A stretch of DNA of 64,000 nt from Candidatus Binatia bacterium (lineage in GTDB: Bacteria; Desulfobacterota; Binatia; DP-6). Below are positions 26,908 to 36,610 of this stretch, piece by piece. The notes below the pieces were generated by a model, which saw only the letters and a list, made by a program, of their open reading frames with translations, ran no database searches and was not told where the DNA came from. The position numbers were made by a program, and so were the translations under genes. Position 1 is the stretch's first letter. Each line of letters begins with the position of its first letter. The stretch is from assembly GCA_035295465.1 (NCBI GenBank), contig DATGIZ010000025.1, positions 23,767-87,766 on the forward strand, read 5' to 3'.

Positions 26908-28059
26908 GTGTCCATTGCGGTCCCCTTTCTCGACCTGCGCGCGCAGGATCGCGCGATCGGCGCCGCCGTGCGCGCCGCGATCGCCGAGGTGCTGGCGAGC
27001 CAGCAATTCGTGCTCGGGCCGCAGGTCGAGCGCTTCGAGGCGGCGATGGCGGCGTACTGCGGCGTGCCGCACGCGATCGGCGTCGGCTCGGGCACCGACG
27101 CGCTCGCGCTCGCCCTCGCCGCGCTCGGCGTCGGCCCGGGCACGGCCGTGCTCACGACGCCGTTCAGCTTCTTCGCCACCGCGAGCGTGATCGTGCGGCT
27201 CGGCGGCCGCCCGCTGTTCGCCGACGTCGACCCGCGCACGCTCAACCTCGACCCCGTCTCGGCGGAGGCGGCGCTCGCCCGTGCTCCGCTGCCCGTCGCG
27301 GGCGTCGTCGCCGTGCATCTCTTCGGGCGGCTCGCGCCGGTCGACGCGCTCGCCGGGCTCGCCGCCCGCCGCGGGCTGTGGCTCGTCGAGGACGCCGCGC
27401 AGGCGGTGGGCGCCCGGGCCGGCGGCGCGCGGGCCGGCGCCTTCGGCCGCGCCGGCTGTCTCTCCTTCTATCCCACGAAGAACCTGGGGGGGCTCGGCGA
27501 CGGGGGCATGGTGCTCACCGCCGACGCCGCGCTCGCCGCCCACGTCCGCCGGGAGCGCCATCACGGGCAGGTGGCCCCCTACGAGCACGCGTCGATCGGC
27601 CTCTGCTCCCGCCTCGACGCGCTGCAGGCCGCCGCGCTCGGGGCGAAGCTGCCGCAGCTCGACGACTGGAACGCGGCGCGGCGCGAGGTGGCGGCGCGCT
27701 ACGCCGCGGCCTTCGGCGCGGCCGGGCTCGCCGGCCCGCCCGGCGCCCCGCTCGTGCTGCCGGAGCCTGGGGGCGAGGCGCACGTCTTCCACCAGTACGT
27801 CGTGCGGGCCCGCGCGCGCGACGCGCTCGCGGCCCACCTGGCGCGCCGCGGCATCGGCACGCAGGTCTACTACCGTACGCCGCTGCACCGTCAGCCCGCG
27901 CTCGCCGCGGCCGCGCTGACGCCGGTCCCGGTCGTGGAGGCCGAGCGCGCGGCGGCCGAGGTGCTGGCGCTGCCCATCTATCCCGAGCTGACCGCGGCGC
28001 AGGTGGCGCGGGTCGTCGACGCGGTCGCGGAGTTCTATCGGCACGCCCCCGCGTTGTGA
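26908..28059 (+). CDS. DegT/DnrJ/EryC1/StrS family aminotransferase
   Basis: GTG start. FVLGPQVERFE, GVGSGTDAL and SFYPTKNLG motifs. Confidence 0.9.
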   Translation: MSIAVPFLDLRAQDRAIGAAVRAAIAEVLASQQFVLGPQVERFEAAMAAYCGVPHAIGVGSGTDALALALAALGVGPGTAVLTTPFSFFATASVIVRLGGRPLFADVDPRTLNLDPVSAEAALARAPLPVAGVVAVHLFGRLAPVDALAGLAARRGLWLVEDAAQAVGARAGGARAGAFGRAGCLSFYPTKNLGGLGDGGMVLTADAALAAHVRRERHHGQVAPYEHASIGLCSRLDALQAAALGAKLPQLDDWNAARREVAARYAAAFGAAGLAGPPGAPLVLPEPGGEAHVFHQYVVRARARDALAAHLARRGIGTQVYYRTPLHRQPALAAAALTPVPVVEAERAAAEVLALPIYPELTAAQVARVVDAVAEFYRHAPAL

Positions 28060-28092
28060 GCCTGCCGGCGCCGGGATAAGATCGCCCCGCCC

Positions 28093-30513
28093 ATGAAGGC
28101 CGAGACCCGGAAACCCGCCGGGGCGTCCCGGCAGCGAGGTTCCGCGCGCGCGCACGGCATCACGGTCTTCGAGGACGTGAGCGCGATCACCGCGCGCTCG
28201 GAGGACCTCCAAGAGACGCTCCAGCGCATCGTCGAGGTGGTGGCGGCACGCACCGGCACCGACGTGTGCTCGCTCTACATCCTCGACTCGCGCGCGCAGC
28301 GGCTCACGCTCTGGGCCACCACCGGCCTCGACCGCAGCACGATCGGCAAGGTCGCGATGAACGTCGGCGAGGGGCTCACCGGCATGGCCATCGAGAAGCT
28401 CGAGCCGGTGATGGCGGTCGACGCGATCACGCACCCGCGCTACAAATACTTCCCGGAGACCGGCGAGGAGAAATACCACTCGTTCGTCGGCGTGCCGATC
28501 CTCGAACGGGGAACGCCGCTCGGCGTGCTCGTCGTGCAGACGCTGCGGCGGCGCAAGTTCTCCCGCAACGAGCTGCGCCTGCTGCGCGCCATCGCGGCCC
28601 AGGTGGCGGGCATCATCGTGCAGGCCCGGCTGCTCGAGGACATCAAGAGCAAGGAGCAGGAGCGCCGCGAGTACCGCCGGCGGATGATCGCGGCGATCAA
28701 GCGCCTGCAGGCCTACGAGCGCACGGCCGGCGCGGCCGAGCCGCCCGCGCGCGGGCGGGCGCGGCAAGCGCGCCTCGACGGGCTGCCGGCTGCCCCGGGC
28801 TTCGGCCGCGGCCGCGCGCACCTGCTCCAGCCCGCGGTGACCTTCGCGGTGGTCGAGGATCGCCGGGTGGACGATCCCGACGTCGAGATCGCCCGTTACC
28901 GCCAGGCGGTCGCCGACGCCGGCGCCGAGCTGGAGGCATTGACCGCCCGGCTCTCCGAGCGGCTGCCGGAGTTCGACACGGGCATCCTGGTCGCACACCG
29001 GCTGATGCTCGAGGACCGCGCCTTCGCGGCCAAGGTCGAGACGCACATCCGCGCGGGGCTCGCCGCGGAGGGGGCCCTCAAGCGCGTCGTGGACGACTAC
29101 CTCGCGACCTTCGAGAACATGGCGGAGGGCTACCTCCGCGAGCGGGCCGCCGACGTGAAGGACGTCGGGCTGCGGGTGCTCCGCAACCTGCTCGGCGTCG
29201 AGGAGCCGGAGCGCGCGCTCGAGCAGGACAGCGTACTGGTCGCCGACGACATCACGCTGTCGGACCTGACGCTCATCGAGCAGGAGCACCTGCGCGGAGT
29301 CGTGCTCGCCACCGGCGGCGTCACCTCGCACGCGTCGATCCTCGCCAAGTCGTTCGAGATCCCGACCGTGGTGGGCGTCGAGCACCTGAACGAGGTCGTC
29401 CACGAGGGCGACGACCTCCTCGTCGACGGCAACTCGGGGGTCCTCTACGTGAATCCGGGCGTGGACGTGGCACGCGAGTACGAGCGCCTCGAGCGCCAGT
29501 ACCGCGCCTTCAACCGCGAGCTCGACGCCCTGCGGACGCAGCCCGCCGAGACGCCCGACGGGCGCCGGGTCACGCTCTACGCCAACATCGGGCTCATCAG
29601 CGACCTCCTGTTCGCGCACCGCCACGGCGCCGAAGGCATCGGCCTCTACCGCAGCGAGTTCCCGTTCATGACGTACCGGGAGTTCCCGGACGAGGAGGAG
29701 CAGTTCCAGCTCTACGCGCGCGTGGTGCGCGGCATGCAGGGCAAGCCGGTGACGATCCGCACCCTCGACCTCGGCGCGGACAAGTACCCCGGCTACCTCC
29801 GCCTGCCGCGCGAGGAGAACCCGTTCCTCGGGTGGCGCTCGATCCGCATCTCCTTCGAGATGCCAGAGCTGTTCAAGGTGCAGCTCCGCGCCGTGCTGCG
29901 CGTCGCGACGCTCGGCCGCGTGCGGCTGCTCTTCCCCATGATCTCGAGCCTCGAGGACATCCTGCGCGCGAAGGAGCTGCTCGAGGAGGCGAAGGAGGAG
30001 CTGCGCCAGCAGGGCCGCGACTTCGACCCGAAGGTCGAGGTCGGGATGATGGTCGAGGTGCCGTCGGCCGTGTCGCTGGCCACGCACCTCATCCGCGAGG
30101 TGGACTTCTTCTCGATCGGCACCAACGACCTGATCCAGTACCTGCTCGCCGTGGACAGGAACAACCGCAAGGTTGCGCCGCTCTACGAACCGCTGCACCC
30201 CGCCGTGCTCTCCGCGATCCACGACACGGTGCAGGCGGCCAAGGGCGCGGGCAAGCGCGTCGGCATGTGCGGCGAGATGGCGGCCGACCCGCTGTGCACG
30301 CTGGTCCTGCTGGGCCTCGGCCTCGACGACCTCTCGATGGGGCCGTTCTTCATCCCCGTCATCAAGCGGATCGTGCGCTCGGTCCCGTACGCGGCCGCCG
30401 CGGCGATGACGCGCGAGGTCCTCACGATGGCGACCGTGCGCGAGGTGAAGGGCTACCTCTTCGACGGGATGAAGAGCCTCGGGATCATCGAGCTGATGGA
30501 GATGTACCATTGA
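28093..30513 (+). CDS. ptsP: phosphoenolpyruvate-protein phosphotransferase PtsP (EI-Ntr; GAF + PEP-utilising domains)
   Basis: N-terminal GAF (VCSLYILD...WATTGL...GEGLTG). GGVTSHASILA phosphohistidine motif and a C-terminal PEP-utilising TIM barrel (GMCGEMA). Confidence 0.9.
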   Translation: MKAETRKPAGASRQRGSARAHGITVFEDVSAITARSEDLQETLQRIVEVVAARTGTDVCSLYILDSRAQRLTLWATTGLDRSTIGKVAMNVGEGLTGMAIEKLEPVMAVDAITHPRYKYFPETGEEKYHSFVGVPILERGTPLGVLVVQTLRRRKFSRNELRLLRAIAAQVAGIIVQARLLEDIKSKEQERREYRRRMIAAIKRLQAYERTAGAAEPPARGRARQARLDGLPAAPGFGRGRAHLLQPAVTFAVVEDRRVDDPDVEIARYRQAVADAGAELEALTARLSERLPEFDTGILVAHRLMLEDRAFAAKVETHIRAGLAAEGALKRVVDDYLATFENMAEGYLRERAADVKDVGLRVLRNLLGVEEPERALEQDSVLVADDITLSDLTLIEQEHLRGVVLATGGVTSHASILAKSFEIPTVVGVEHLNEVVHEGDDLLVDGNSGVLYVNPGVDVAREYERLERQYRAFNRELDALRTQPAETPDGRRVTLYANIGLISDLLFAHRHGAEGIGLYRSEFPFMTYREFPDEEEQFQLYARVVRGMQGKPVTIRTLDLGADKYPGYLRLPREENPFLGWRSIRISFEMPELFKVQLRAVLRVATLGRVRLLFPMISSLEDILRAKELLEEAKEELRQQGRDFDPKVEVGMMVEVPSAVSLATHLIREVDFFSIGTNDLIQYLLAVDRNNRKVAPLYEPLHPAVLSAIHDTVQAAKGAGKRVGMCGEMAADPLCTLVLLGLGLDDLSMGPFFIPVIKRIVRSVPYAAAAAMTREVLTMATVREVKGYLFDGMKSLGIIELMEMYH

Positions 30514-30520
30514 GTGGGGG

Positions 30521-32383
30521 GTGCTCATGCTGATCTGGATGATGCTCGTGGTCGTGGGGGCGGCGGCCGCCTGGTTCGCCACGGGGCTGCGCCGGGCGGC
30601 GCGCGAGGCGACGGCGATGGCGCCGCTGGCGACCCTGCCGGCGACGGCGCCGGCGACGGTGGCCGCGGTCCTCTGCCGCGTCGTGCGCGTCTACTTCGTC
30701 AAGCCCTCGAAGTACGACGACCGCGGCCGGGTACAACACTTCTGGAAGGGCGTGCTGCCGAACAACACGCTCACGGTGCTCGCGGCGCTCAACGAGGCGT
30801 ACAACCGCCTGCACGCCGCGTCGAACGTGCACCTCGAGACCGTGCTCTGGGACGAGCAGGTCGACGGGCCGATCGTGCCCGCGACCATCCGTGCCATCCA
30901 GGAGAAGGCGGTCGAGGACGGCGTCGAGGTGCTGGTCGGGCTCGCCGGCGTGCAGACCAACCAGTATCCCCGCGGCCGCGACCTGGCGCTCCAGTTCCGC
31001 CGGGCGGGCTTCCCCGTGCTCTTCGGCGGCTTCCACGTGAGCGGCCACCCCGAGACGCGGGCGTTCCTCGAGAGCTGCGGCGTCACCACCGTGGTGGGCG
31101 AGGCGGAGACCATCTGGTGCGAGCTCGTCGACGACTACCTCCGCGGCGCGCTGAGACCGAGCTACAGCGTCACGACGGGCATTCGCGCCCGCACCGGCGG
31201 CGCCGAGATCACCGTGCCGGTGATCACCGAGGCCCAGCTCCCCGCGATCAGCGACGCCTACCTGCGCCGCTTCGCCTCGACGCAGATGACCACGCTCGAC
31301 ACCTCCCGCGGCTGCCCCTTCACCTGCTCGTACTGCAGCGTGAAGAACGTCATGGGGCGCACGATGCGCGCGCGCGATCCCGAGCGGGTCGTGGGCTGGA
31401 TCCGCGACGCCGTCGAGCGCCACGGCATCACCTCGCTGTTCATCGTCGACGACGACTTCTTCCGCAGCCCCGCGTGGGAGCCGATCCTCGAGGGCATGGG
31501 CGAGCTGCGGCGCGAGGGCCACGACCTCTCGTTCATGATGCAGGTCGACGCCGAAGCCGCGGCCTTCGCCGACTTGGCGCCGGGCGAGGCGCCGTCGTCG
31601 CAGCGGCAGAAGTGCGAGCGCTTCCTCGACCTCGCCGCGGCCGCCGGCTGCTACGCGGCGTTCGTCGGCTTCGAGAGCTTCGATCCCCAGAACCTGCTCG
31701 CCGCCACCAAGGTGCAGAACCTCGAGAAGGCGCAGCGCCTGCACAAGGAGCAGGTCACGGCGGCCGCGGCGCTCGCGGCGGTCAAGGAGAAGTACCGGCG
31801 CGTGTGCCGCAACTGGCATCGCCGGGGGGTGGCGGTGCACGCGGGCTACATGATCGGCTTTCCCTTCGACGGGCCGGACTGCGGGCGGCAGTCGGCGCGC
31901 TGGCTGCTCGAGGTGGGCGTCGACCTCGCGTCGTTCTTCGTGGTGACGCCGCTGCCCGGTACGGAGGACCACGAGCGCGCGGTGCGCGCGGGGACGATCG
32001 CCGACTGGGACTTCAACAACTACGATTCCCAGCACATGTGCTCCCGGCACCCGCGGATGACGGGGGCCGAGGTGCTCGCCGCCTACCGGGACGCCTACCG
32101 CACGTTCTACTCGGCACGTGAGACGCTCAAGGTGCTGCTCACGCTGCACCGGGTTGCGGGCCTGTCGTGGGCGGCGCGCACCGCGATGTGGCGGCAGCGC
32201 CTCTACTACTTCTACAGCTACCGCGCCGGGCGCCACCCGATGCTCGGCGGCCTCTGGCAGCGCGGCGTGCGGCCCGAAGCGCGCCGGGCGGTGGTCACCG
32301 ACGAGGACGCGCGCGCGCTCTACCTGGGCGGCGGGCTCGTCACGGACGAGGGCGTCGGCCTCCGGCTGCCGGCCGGGGCGTAG
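30521..32383 (+). CDS. B12-binding-domain-type radical SAM protein with possible N-terminal TM helix
   Basis: DTSRGCPFTCSYCSV CxxxCxxC motif preceded by a Rossmann-like VYFVKPSKYDD...LVGLAGVQTNQ region. The first 23 aa (MLMLIWMMLVVVGAAAAWFATGL) are hydrophobic. An alternative start is the ATG at 30617. Confidence 0.85.
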   Translation: MLMLIWMMLVVVGAAAAWFATGLRRAAREATAMAPLATLPATAPATVAAVLCRVVRVYFVKPSKYDDRGRVQHFWKGVLPNNTLTVLAALNEAYNRLHAASNVHLETVLWDEQVDGPIVPATIRAIQEKAVEDGVEVLVGLAGVQTNQYPRGRDLALQFRRAGFPVLFGGFHVSGHPETRAFLESCGVTTVVGEAETIWCELVDDYLRGALRPSYSVTTGIRARTGGAEITVPVITEAQLPAISDAYLRRFASTQMTTLDTSRGCPFTCSYCSVKNVMGRTMRARDPERVVGWIRDAVERHGITSLFIVDDDFFRSPAWEPILEGMGELRREGHDLSFMMQVDAEAAAFADLAPGEAPSSQRQKCERFLDLAAAAGCYAAFVGFESFDPQNLLAATKVQNLEKAQRLHKEQVTAAAALAAVKEKYRRVCRNWHRRGVAVHAGYMIGFPFDGPDCGRQSARWLLEVGVDLASFFVVTPLPGTEDHERAVRAGTIADWDFNNYDSQHMCSRHPRMTGAEVLAAYRDAYRTFYSARETLKVLLTLHRVAGLSWAARTAMWRQRLYYFYSYRAGRHPMLGGLWQRGVRPEARRAVVTDEDARALYLGGGLVTDEGVGLRLPAGA

Positions 32384-32396
32384 GCGCGCCGGCGCG

Positions 32397-33581
32397 CTAT
32401 TGCGCGTCCGGGGCGATCGCTTCGAGCTCGAGGCCGCGGGTCTCGGGGAGCGCGGCCCAGGCGACGGCGGCCGCGAGCAGGCCGGCGGCGGCGAGCGCGG
32501 CGAGCACCGTGGCGATGTCGCCGACCCGGGCGGCGAGCGCGGCGGCGAGCGCGAGGCCGCCCATGCCGCCCACGGTGGCGCCCGCGGAGAGCCACGCCGC
32601 GGCCGCGCCGCGCACGCCCGTCGGGAACAGCTCGGTCGACCACGCGCGCAGCACGGTCATCTTCCCGCCCTGGAAGAACACCATCGCGGCGAACGCGGGC
32701 CACAGCGCCCGCGGCCCGCCGCGGTAGAACGCGACCTCGGCCGCGCTGAGCCCGACGAGGAACGCCACGGCGACGGCGCGACGGCCGAGGCGGTCCGCCA
32801 GCCGCCCGCCGGCCCACCAGCCGGGCAGCCCGAGCCCGCCGGCGACGATGATCATGAGGCTGGTGGCCTGCGGCGACCAGCGGTAGGCGGTGATCGGCAG
32901 GTAGCTCGTGAACGCGAAGCCGGCGACGTCGTAGCTCATCCCGAGCGACATGACCGCGAGCGCGGCGGCGAGCCGCCCGCGGTAGCCGCGGGGCAAGCCC
33001 CGATGCGCGCCGTGGAGGAGCCAGCGGCGGCTCTCGGGCAACGTGCGGCGAAGGAAGGGCAGGAGTGCGAGCGGCGCCGCGTTGACCGCGCACAGGCCGC
33101 GCCAGCCGCCCGGCACCCGCTCGATGGCGGCGAGCAGGAGCGCGACCAGGCCCGACCCGAGCGAGTTGAGGAGCCCGAGGAGCCCCTGCGCACGCCCGCG
33201 GTACGCCGCCGGCATCTCCTCGGTGGCGATCACGGTCGCGGAGAAGAGCGCGCCCTCCTGGAAGGCGCGCGCCGCCGCCTGCCACGCGACGAGCGCCGCG
33301 AGCGTCGCAGCCGTTGCGGTGGCCGCGCCGAGCAGCGCGTAGAGGCCGACCGAGGCGAGGAGCAGCCGGCGGCGCCCGAAGCGGTCGGCGAGCGGCCCGA
33401 GCCCGAGCGCGCCGAGCGAGCCTGCCGTCACCAGCGCGAGCGCCCAGGAGAGCGCGGCCGCGCCGGCGTCGAGGTCGCGGCCGAGGTAGGCCAGCGTCAC
33501 GGGCAGGAACGAGCGCCCGTAGCCTTCGAAGAAGATGGCGAGCGCGAGGAGCGCGAGCAGGCGGCGGTGCGCGGCGTCCAC
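32397..33581 (-). CDS. MFS transporter
   Basis: GPLADRFGRRRLLL MFS loop motif and a 12-TM-like profile. Start set to GTG 33581 (GGAG upstream). The longer track ORF extension is Arg-rich. Confidence 0.75.
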   Translation of the reverse strand: MDAAHRRLLALLALAIFFEGYGRSFLPVTLAYLGRDLDAGAAALSWALALVTAGSLGALGLGPLADRFGRRRLLLASVGLYALLGAATATAATLAALVAWQAAARAFQEGALFSATVIATEEMPAAYRGRAQGLLGLLNSLGSGLVALLLAAIERVPGGWRGLCAVNAAPLALLPFLRRTLPESRRWLLHGAHRGLPRGYRGRLAAALAVMSLGMSYDVAGFAFTSYLPITAYRWSPQATSLMIIVAGGLGLPGWWAGGRLADRLGRRAVAVAFLVGLSAAEVAFYRGGPRALWPAFAAMVFFQGGKMTVLRAWSTELFPTGVRGAAAAWLSAGATVGGMGGLALAAALAARVGDIATVLAALAAAGLLAAAVAWAALPETRGLELEAIAPDAQ

Positions 33582-33669
33582 GGCGCTCCGCCTATCCGAC
33601 CGCCGGCGGCGGCCGCAAACCGGCCGTCCCGGTGGACACGGCCGGCGGCCGGTTGCTACACACGGCCGC

Positions 33670-35022
33670 ATGATGCGCCTGGCGGGTGGCGTGGTGGCGG
33701 CGGTGGCGCTCGGGCTCCTCGCGGGATGCGCTCCCGGCCCGCAGCAGCCGGCGGTCGCGGAGCCGTACCTGGTGGTCTGGGCCGGCGACGCCGACCGCAG
33801 GGACAGCGACTTCCTCGCGGTGATCGACGCGAGCCCCACCTCCACGACGTATGGCAAGGTCCTGCGCACGATCCCGGTGCGATCGCGCGGCAACGAGCCG
33901 CACGGCCTCGACGGAGCGTCGCGCGCGGACCGGCGTGTCTTCGCCACCGGCGTCGCCACCGGCCGCACGTTCGTCTTCGACCTGCGCGATCCCCTCGCCG
34001 GCCGGCTGCTGCACGTCGACGAGCCCGGGCCCGGGCGGCGGCTGGGCGCGCCCTGGGCGGTCGCCCCGCTGCCCGACGGCCGCGTGGCGGTCACCTGCGT
34101 CGACCGGCTCGGCTACCGCGGCGATCCGCGCGGGCTCCTCCAGGAGGCGGGCGGGCTGGTCGAGCTCGACGCCGACGGGAGCTTCCGCCGCGAGGTGTCG
34201 GCGGACCCCGGGCCGGGCTACACGATGATCGTCGCGCCGACGGGCGCGGCCGTCGTCCCCGCGCTCGGGCTGCTGCTCACCACGAACCACGCGCACGGCT
34301 ACGTGCCCACGGCGACGGGCGACGTCATGCCGGGCATCAGCGTGCAGCTCTGGCGCGTCGAGAGCCTCGCGCTGCTCCGCACCGTCGTGCTGGAGGCCGG
34401 GCCGCGCGGCGAGGAGAACCTGGGGCCGCTCACGCCGGTGGCGTTCCACCGCGCGCCGCTCGTCTACGTCAACACGCACGAGGGCGGCGGGCTCTACGCC
34501 TCGGACTCGCTCGGGCAGGCGCAGCCCGTCTTCCGCATGGTCTTCGACTTCGGCACGGGCGCGGGCGCCGCCGGAGCCGCCGTGACGCCCGACGACGCCT
34601 GGTACGTGAGCGCGCTCACCGGCCGCAACCGCGTGGCGTCGTTCGACGTGGGCGATCCCTGGCATCCGAAGCTCGTCTCGGCGTTGCGCTTCGACCGCGA
34701 TCCCGCGGATCCGCTCAAGGCGCGCGTCGGCGGGCCGAGCGCGCTCGCGATGAGCGCCGACGGTACGCGGGTCGCGGTGGCCGACGACGCGGTCGAGCTG
34801 CCCGCGGAGCAGCGCGACGGCGACCATCGCGTCTACGTGCTGCGGCTCGATCCGGCCACGGGCCGGCTGCGCTTCGACACGGCCTTCCGCGACGAGACGA
34901 CCGGCGAGGTCGGCGTCGACTTCGACCGCCCGCGGTGGCCGCACGGGGAGACGGGGCCGGCGCGTCCCTACGGCGTGCTGTTCGTCACGCCGGCGCCGCC
35001 GCCCGCCGACGGCCGGCGCTGA
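33670..35022 (+). CDS. beta-propeller lipoprotein, selenium-binding-protein (SBP56)/methanethiol-oxidase-like
   Basis: MMRLAGGVVAAVALGLLAGC lipobox. YLVVWAGD...DFLAVIDASPTSTTYGKV, RTFVFDLRDP and FDVGDPWHPKL align by eye with segments of eukaryotic SELENBP1 as I recall it. Confidence 0.6.
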   Translation: MMRLAGGVVAAVALGLLAGCAPGPQQPAVAEPYLVVWAGDADRRDSDFLAVIDASPTSTTYGKVLRTIPVRSRGNEPHGLDGASRADRRVFATGVATGRTFVFDLRDPLAGRLLHVDEPGPGRRLGAPWAVAPLPDGRVAVTCVDRLGYRGDPRGLLQEAGGLVELDADGSFRREVSADPGPGYTMIVAPTGAAVVPALGLLLTTNHAHGYVPTATGDVMPGISVQLWRVESLALLRTVVLEAGPRGEENLGPLTPVAFHRAPLVYVNTHEGGGLYASDSLGQAQPVFRMVFDFGTGAGAAGAAVTPDDAWYVSALTGRNRVASFDVGDPWHPKLVSALRFDRDPADPLKARVGGPSALAMSADGTRVAVADDAVELPAEQRDGDHRVYVLRLDPATGRLRFDTAFRDETTGEVGVDFDRPRWPHGETGPARPYGVLFVTPAPPPADGRR

Positions 35023-35025
35023 ACG

Positions 35026-35919
35026 ATGGCGCGTGTCACCGTGCGTGCGGCGGAGGAGCGTGACCTCGAGCGCGCCGGTGACGTGAATTTCCTCGCGTTC
35101 TACGACGTGGCCCTGCGCCACGGGCAGCGGCCGACGGTGGCGGCGCCGGCCGAGGCGCGCAGCTACCTGCGTTATCTCGCGGGCGTCGATCCGCTCGGCG
35201 GGCTCGTCGCCGAGGAGGATGGGGAGATCGTCGGGGTCGCGTGGGCGCACGCGCGCGGGCCGGTGACGACCATCGGCCCCGTGGCCGTGCACCCGCAGGC
35301 GCAGGGGCGGGGCGTGGGACGGCTACTGCTCGGGCGCGCCCTCGAGGCGGCGGGCGGCGGCCAGGTGCGGCTCGTGCACGAGAGCTTCAACGCGATCTCG
35401 CTCGGCCTCTATCTCCGCGCCGGGTTCCGCGTGGTCGCGCCGCTGATCGAGCTCGTGCGACCCGCGGAGGCGACGGGGGCGGCCGTGGCCCCTGCGGGAG
35501 TGCGCATCCGCGCGGCCGTGGCCGATGATCGCCTGCGGCTGATCGCGCGCGACGCCCGCGCCTTCGGCGCGCCGCGCCCGCAGAGCCTCGATCCCTATCT
35601 CCGCCGCGGCCGGGTGCTCGTCGCCGACGACGGTCGCGCGCTCGCGGGCTACGCCTGCGGCATCGGCGTGCGTGCCACGGCGTACCTGGGCTCCGCCGCG
35701 GCCGACGACGGCGAGGTGCTGCTCGCGCTCGTCGGCACGCTCACCGCCGAGCTCGCCGGCGCCGCCGTCCACGTGCTGGTTCCGGCCGCCGACCGCCTGC
35801 TCCTCGACGGCCTCGCCGGGCTCGGCTATCGGGTGCTCCGCGCGTGCCAGTACATGGTGCTCGGCGGCGGGACGGCCCCGCCGCCGAGCTACGTGCTGAT
35901 GAACGGGGACATGATGTGA
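35026..35919 (+). CDS. GNAT family N-acetyltransferase
   Basis: VHPQAQGRGVGRLLL acetyl-CoA binding motif in a 297-aa ORF. Confidence 0.8.
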   Translation: MARVTVRAAEERDLERAGDVNFLAFYDVALRHGQRPTVAAPAEARSYLRYLAGVDPLGGLVAEEDGEIVGVAWAHARGPVTTIGPVAVHPQAQGRGVGRLLLGRALEAAGGGQVRLVHESFNAISLGLYLRAGFRVVAPLIELVRPAEATGAAVAPAGVRIRAAVADDRLRLIARDARAFGAPRPQSLDPYLRRGRVLVADDGRALAGYACGIGVRATAYLGSAAADDGEVLLALVGTLTAELAGAAVHVLVPAADRLLLDGLAGLGYRVLRACQYMVLGGGTAPPPSYVLMNGDMM

Positions 35920-35987
35920 GGGGCAACGCGCGTGCGGCGGCCGGCGGGCCCACCGGTCCGGGATGTCGGCCTCGCACGCAGCCCCAC

Positions 35988-36380
35988 TCATGCGAGCCGC
36001 AGCCCGGGGAACGAGTCACGGTAGAATCGTCCGTCCCGGGTGAGGAGACGGGCGCCGGAGGCGACGGCGTGGGCGCCGATCATGAAGTCGGGGAGGATGC
36101 GGTTACGCCGTCCACCCCGCCGCCGGTACCGCCTGAACGCCTTGCCGGCGACGAAGATGGCCTCGCGCGGGTAGGGGACCAGCTCGATCTCGGCGTCTCG
36201 GAGCGTCGACCAGAGCGCCGCCGCCGAGTCGAAGATCGGCGCAAGCTCCGCCGCGATCACGTCGTTCACGATCACTGGACCCGCACGCAGGGCTGCCGCG
36301 AGCCGCCTCTCGGACTCGTCGCCGTGCTCGGCGCCCAGCAGGAGCACGTCGAGGAGAACGTTGATGTCGACGATCGTCAT
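35988..36380 (-). CDS. vapC: PIN-domain toxin VapC
   Basis: MTIVDINVLLDV ... DFMIGAHAV ... LLTRD pattern of acidic PIN residues. ATGA overlap with the upstream antitoxin gene. Confidence 0.85.
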   Translation of the reverse strand: MTIVDINVLLDVLLLGAEHGDESERRLAAALRAGPVIVNDVIAAELAPIFDSAAALWSTLRDAEIELVPYPREAIFVAGKAFRRYRRRGGRRNRILPDFMIGAHAVASGARLLTRDGRFYRDSFPGLRLA

Positions 36381-36604
36381 CGTGCGCCGCGCGTATACGT
36401 CAGATACTCGTCGACCGTCCGCCCGGCGGGGAGACGCTTCACGCGCCCGCGGACGCGGGCGGCCGGCGACCCGCCCGTCTTGTCCGTGACCAGAAGGAGC
36501 TTGCCCCTGGCGGCGACGAACCGAACCTCGGTCTCCCGTGTGATCCCGAAGCGCTCGCGGAGCGCCTTCGGTACGGTCACCTGTCCCTTGATCGTCAGTC
36601 GCAT
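36377..36604 (-). CDS. vapB: AbrB/SpoVT-family antitoxin (VapB)
   Basis: Trimmed to MRLTIKGQVTVPKALRERFGI at 36604, the SpoVT/AbrB swapped-hairpin motif. Confidence 0.8.
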   Translation of the reverse strand: MRLTIKGQVTVPKALRERFGITRETEVRFVAARGKLLLVTDKTGGSPAARVRGRVKRLPAGRTVDEYLTYTRGAR

Positions 36605-36610
36605 CTCGAG

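Noticed and set aside
24310-30582. 2090-aa minus-strand ORF (and the 1297-aa plus-strand ORF 24186..28079) spanning PBP1A, degT and ptsP
   Set aside because: The translations are Arg/Ala/Gly/Pro-rich and low in complexity. They lie antisense to, or out of frame with, genes that carry unmistakable family motifs. Stop codons are rare at this GC content, so long shadow ORFs are expected.
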